Source: an uncultured delta proteobacterium
Lineage (GTDB): Bacteria; Desulfobacterota; Binatia; UBA9968
Assembly (NCBI GenBank): GCA_963728565.1
Contig: CAVSLC010000010.1
Coordinates: 64,001 to 128,000 of the forward strand
DNA: 64,000 bases
Direction of reading: 5' to 3'
Shown here: positions 60,503-64,000 of the stretch, in pieces
Numbering within the stretch: position 1 is the first letter of the stretch
Layout of the letters: the number at the start of each line of letters is the position of its first letter
The notes under the pieces: model-generated
Databases searched by the model: none
Told to the model about the DNA's origin: nothing
Seen by the model: the letters and a program-made list of their open reading frames with translations, nothing else
Translations under genes and position numbers: made by a program

Positions 60503-63292
60503 CTACTGGTTTCCGAAAGCGGCGGCCAGCAGCTCGGTTTGTTGCTGATGATGCCGGCTTGCCGAGCCGGTTGCCGGACTGGCGGAAGCGGCGCGCGCGA
60601 CCACCGAAAAAGGAAATCGATCGAAAAGCTTGTTGCCGAGCTGAAGGTGCCAAAAGCATGCGGCGCCCATGTTGCGAGGTTCTTCTTGAATCCACACTAC
60701 CGGCGTGCCGGCGCCGTAGCCTTGCAGAACCCCCCGCAGCCGCTCTTCCGGCACCGGATAAAATTGCTCGATGCGCACGATGGCGACGTCATCGCGGTTC
60801 ATCTCCGCGCGCCTTTTCTCCAGGTCGTAATAAACTTTGCCGCTGCACAAGAGAATTCTCCGACAATCCTGGCGCCCGCTAAGATCGCCGATGACGGTTT
60901 CAAACTCTCCATCAGCCAAGGCGTCGAGATCGGAGACTGCCCCCGGATGACGCAGCAAACTTTTGGGAGTCATAATCACCAACGGCTTACGCCATCTGCG
61001 CAGCACTTGTCGGCGCAGGCAATGAAAGTATTGCGCTGGCGTTGTCGGATAAACCACCTGGAGATTATCCTTGGAGCAAAGCTGCAGAAACCGTTCGATG
61101 CGCGCGCTCGAGTGCTCCGGTCCCATGCCTTCAAAGCCATGCGGGAGTAACAAAACCAAGCCGCTCAGCCTGCGCCATTTTTCTTCGGCGCTGGTGATGA
61201 ATTGGTCGATGATGACTTGCGCGGCATTGACGAAATCGCCGAACTGCGCTTCCCACAAAGTCAGAGCCTCGGGATAGTCAAGACTGTAGCCGTATTCGAA
61301 ACCCAATACGCCGGTTTCGGAAAGCGGGCTGTTGATGATCTCCACCGGAGCTTGCCCGCGCTGCAGGTGCTGCAGCGGAACATAGGCGTGCCCATCGTGG
61401 TAATCACGCAGCACCCCATGGCGATGGCTGAAAGTCCCGCGCGCGCTGTCCTGCCCGGACAAGCGTACCCTGATTCCTTGGACGGCCAAACTCGCAAACG
61501 CCAAGGCTTCTGCTGCGGACCAGTCGATGGGCCGTGTTCCACGGGCCATTTCCTGACGCAGCTCTAGCCCGCGTTTGATCTTTGGGTGCGGCTGAAAATC
61601 TTTAGGGATGCGCGCCAGAGCTTCAAGCAATGCCGAGAGCCGTTCTCGCTTCACCGCCGTGGGGACCGGTGCTGCTGCCGGTTCGAGTCCGCCGGAATAC
61701 CCGGCCCAGAAGCTGCCAAAACTCTGCGGCGTCGGAACGGCGCTGGTGCTGCGCGCCTGCGCCAATTCGTTCTCCAAATCGCTCCGGCGCTGCGCCACCA
61801 ACCGGTTTGCTTCACCGGCATCGATGATTTTTTCCCGCAGCAGTTTTTCCAAATAGAGATCGCGCACCGGCCGATGCTTCTTAATCGCTTGATAGAGTCT
61901 CGGTTGCGTAAACGTCGGTTCATCGCCCTCGTTGTGGCCCCAGCGGCGATAGCCATACATATCGATCACCGCATCGCGTTTGAACGTGCGCCGGAAATCC
62001 ATCGCCAGGCCGACGACCTGCGCGACCGCTTCGGGATCATCGCCGTTGACGTGAAAAATAGGCACCTGCAACATCTTGGCAATGTCGGTGGCGTAACGGC
62101 TGGAGCGCGCTTCTTTCGGGGATGTCGTGAAACCGATTTGGTTGTTTATCACCACGTGCAGCACACCGCCGATGCTATAGCCCTCCAGCTGACTCAGGTT
62201 GAGGGTTTCCTGAGTCACTCCTTCGCCGGCGAAAGCCGCGTCGCCATGAATCAGCAGCGCCATGCCACGGCCGTGTTGCTGGTCGCCCGTACGGTCCTGC
62301 TTGGCGCGCATACGTCCGATCGCTACCGGATTAACGAACTCGAGATGGCTCGGGTTGAAACAAAGGGAAAGATGTATTTTCTTCCCGGACGCGGTTTCGT
62401 AGTCATTGCTGTAGCCCAGGTGGTATTTCACATCGCCGCCGCCACTCTCGGCGGTGAGAGGATCGTCGAATTCACGAAAAATCTCCCACGCACTCTTGCC
62501 GATAATATTGGCGAGGACATTCAAGCGGCCGCGGTGGGCCATCGCCAGGACGATTTCCTGCAAACCGTCACGCGCCGCGTGATCGATGGCAAAATCCAGC
62601 AGCGGTATGAGGCTTTCGGCGCCTTCCAGTGAAAAGCTTTTGGCGCCAACGAATTTTTTTCTGACGAATTCTTCGAACGTCACCGCGTCGGTGAGACGCG
62701 CGAGAATCCTCAGCTTTTGCTTATGATCCAGCTCAAGGTGATTTTGGCTTTCTTCCATGCGCCGCTGCAGCCAATTTCGAATTGCCGGCTCGTCGATATG
62801 CATGAACTCGACACCGATGGCGCCGCAGTAAGTACGACGCAACCGTTCGACAATCTCGCCGATAGTCAACGGGCCGTTCCAGGGCAACCCAACGGCGGGA
62901 AAAAGCCGCTTCATGTCATCGACGGTGAGGCCGTAAAACTCCGGGTCGAGAGAAGGTTGCGGATCATTGGATAAGCCGAGCGGATCGATGCTGGCCGCTT
63001 TATGCCCAAGACTGCGAAACGCTCTGATCATCTCGTTGACTTGTTCTTGTAAGGTAGAGGCGCGGGACGCGACGCTGGTTGCCGAGCCGCTTGCATGCGC
63101 GACGCCGCCATTGCTTTCACTGCTCGGCGGCATCGGCGTGGTTTGGCCGTCGGAGCCATCGCCGTTGAGCGCGGCGAAGTAGGCGCGCCAGTCCTGATCT
63201 ACCGATGATGGATCGACAACGTAAGCGGCGTAAAGCGCTTCTATATAAGCCAGATTAGCTGAATTGGAGACCTGTTGGATCCTGCTGTTCAT
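60503..63292 (-). CDS. sucA: 2-oxoglutarate dehydrogenase E1
   Basis: FSLEG, MAHRGRLN, DVKYHLG, HGDAAF, GHNEGD and WEAQFGDF. Confidence 0.97.
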   Translation of the reverse strand: MNSRIQQVSNSANLAYIEALYAAYVVDPSSVDQDWRAYFAALNGDGSDGQTTPMPPSSESNGGVAHASGSATSVASRASTLQEQVNEMIRAFRSLGHKAASIDPLGLSNDPQPSLDPEFYGLTVDDMKRLFPAVGLPWNGPLTIGEIVERLRRTYCGAIGVEFMHIDEPAIRNWLQRRMEESQNHLELDHKQKLRILARLTDAVTFEEFVRKKFVGAKSFSLEGAESLIPLLDFAIDHAARDGLQEIVLAMAHRGRLNVLANIIGKSAWEIFREFDDPLTAESGGGDVKYHLGYSNDYETASGKKIHLSLCFNPSHLEFVNPVAIGRMRAKQDRTGDQQHGRGMALLIHGDAAFAGEGVTQETLNLSQLEGYSIGGVLHVVINNQIGFTTSPKEARSSRYATDIAKMLQVPIFHVNGDDPEAVAQVVGLAMDFRRTFKRDAVIDMYGYRRWGHNEGDEPTFTQPRLYQAIKKHRPVRDLYLEKLLREKIIDAGEANRLVAQRRSDLENELAQARSTSAVPTPQSFGSFWAGYSGGLEPAAAPVPTAVKRERLSALLEALARIPKDFQPHPKIKRGLELRQEMARGTRPIDWSAAEALAFASLAVQGIRVRLSGQDSARGTFSHRHGVLRDYHDGHAYVPLQHLQRGQAPVEIINSPLSETGVLGFEYGYSLDYPEALTLWEAQFGDFVNAAQVIIDQFITSAEEKWRRLSGLVLLLPHGFEGMGPEHSSARIERFLQLCSKDNLQVVYPTTPAQYFHCLRRQVLRRWRKPLVIMTPKSLLRHPGAVSDLDALADGEFETVIGDLSGRQDCRRILLCSGKVYYDLEKRRAEMNRDDVAIVRIEQFYPVPEERLRGVLQGYGAGTPVVWIQEEPRNMGAACFWHLQLGNKLFDRFPFSVVARAASASPATGSASRHHQQQTELLAAAFGNQ

Positions 63293-63470
63293 GATCGCAT
63301 CAAATCAGAAAAAAAATTCCAATCAACAGACAAGATTCTTCCCGGAATAGAGTTGGGCAATTGGCGCCGAGGTATTCATGAGCCTCTATTTGGTTAGGGG
63401 AGCGATGGAGTATGTCAATATGAAGCGCCGGTCACCACGCCGGTGTTAACAGTTTGCTAATCAAAAATTC

Positions 63471-63486
63471 AGCAAGGTATATGCCA
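63471..63486 (-). promoter_or_regulatory. Sigma-54 -24/-12 promoter of the suc-act-cta operon
   Basis: Minus strand TGGCATATACCTTGCT, about 180 nt upstream of sucA. Confidence 0.75.
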
Positions 63487-63623
63487 CGACCTGTGCGTCG
63501 CTTGTCGTATGACAACTTTTGGGTTGGCGATCATGCGTCCTGCTGCCGCTACAACGAGAGTGCTTCCTGTCCGATCCGCGCTACATGAGAATCACGGAGC
63601 TGCGTTCTGTCTCCTAAAGACAA

Positions 63624-63639
63624 TGGCATATTTGTTGCG
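63624..63639 (+). promoter_or_regulatory. Sigma-54 -24/-12 promoter of the sigma-70 gene
   Basis: TGGCATATTTGTTGCG; first 15 nt identical to the 22479 site. Confidence 0.78.
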
Positions 63640-63698
63640 CTCCTCAAACGCGTCTCATCCTGCCTGTGTGTTGTTGTTTTGCCGAGGAGTTGATTACG

Positions 63699-64000
63699 AT
63701 GGATTCAGAGTCCGCTCTGCGCGCGAACTGCGCTTCCGTTGCCAGTGCTCTGAAAAATTTTCGCACAGAAGATCAGCCCGAGGAGGATCGGCCGGAAGTC
63801 GATCTGGCTGACGGATTAGCGATCGACTCCGATAGCATCTCCGGTGACGGGCGGCGGGAGGCGGAGGAAACGGAAGCGAGCGTCGGCAAAGAGTCCTTGT
63901 CGATCTACTTGAACGAAATTCGCTCGTTTCAGTTGCTCACGCATCAGCAGGAGATTGACATTGCCAAACTCAGAGAAGACGGCGAATCCAAAATCCTCGA
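63699..64000 (+). CDS. Sigma-70 family RNA polymerase sigma factor (RpoD/RpoS-like), 3'-truncated
   Basis: Not in the ORF track. GAGGAG RBS, acidic N-terminus, then region 1.2 ESLSIYLNEIRSFQLLTHQQEIDIAK. Confidence 0.85.
   Translation, partial: MDSESALRANCASVASALKNFRTEDQPEEDRPEVDLADGLAIDSDSISGDGRREAEETEASVGKESLSIYLNEIRSFQLLTHQQEIDIAKLREDGESKIL

Noticed and set aside
1-64000. CRISPR arrays, tRNA/rRNA genes, IS elements
   Set aside because: No regularly spaced repeats, cloverleaf-like segments or transposase motifs were seen by eye; Infernal and tRNAscan were not run.

Overview
Bacterial chromosomal segment, about 58% GC by eye. Gene content suggests a soil deltaproteobacterium-like organism, possibly Candidatus Binatia (low-confidence inference). 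No rRNA, tRNA, CRISPR, transposase or prophage was seen. Left to right the window holds: (1) a hybrid sensor kinase and a single-domain receiver; (2) a galactofuranose/galactose module (glycosyltransferase, glf, GH1-like, GH2, galT-galK-galE-galM); (3) general-stress membrane proteins (holin-X, DUF3618, YihY), small Zn-binding proteins and a DUF3182/alpha-beta hydrolase pair; (4) a 17-kb TIGR04290/CgeB ('rhizo-twelve'-type) glycan cluster that also carries myo-inositol-1-P synthase, two phosphatases and a GNAT; (5) a stress operon (BON, Gfo, hemerythrin, ferritin-like, GlsB/YeaQ, F420-type LLM); (6) a 17-kb sucA-sucB-alternative complex III-caa3 oxidase operon; (7) the 5' end of a sigma-70 factor. 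The unifying hidden signal is seven exact sigma-54 -24/-12 elements (TGGCA-N6-TTGC, six of them TGGCATAT-N3-TTGC), each correctly oriented ahead of a transcription unit. This suggests a co-regulated sigma-54 stress/dormancy island with a sigma54-to-sigma70 cascade. Other notable points are a circularly permuted pair of clan-A glycoside hydrolase barrels, an E2o lacking the E3-binding domain with no lpd gene, and Ku-like and ferritin-like remnants. About ten genes carry 1-2 nt frameshifts, most likely long-read consensus errors.
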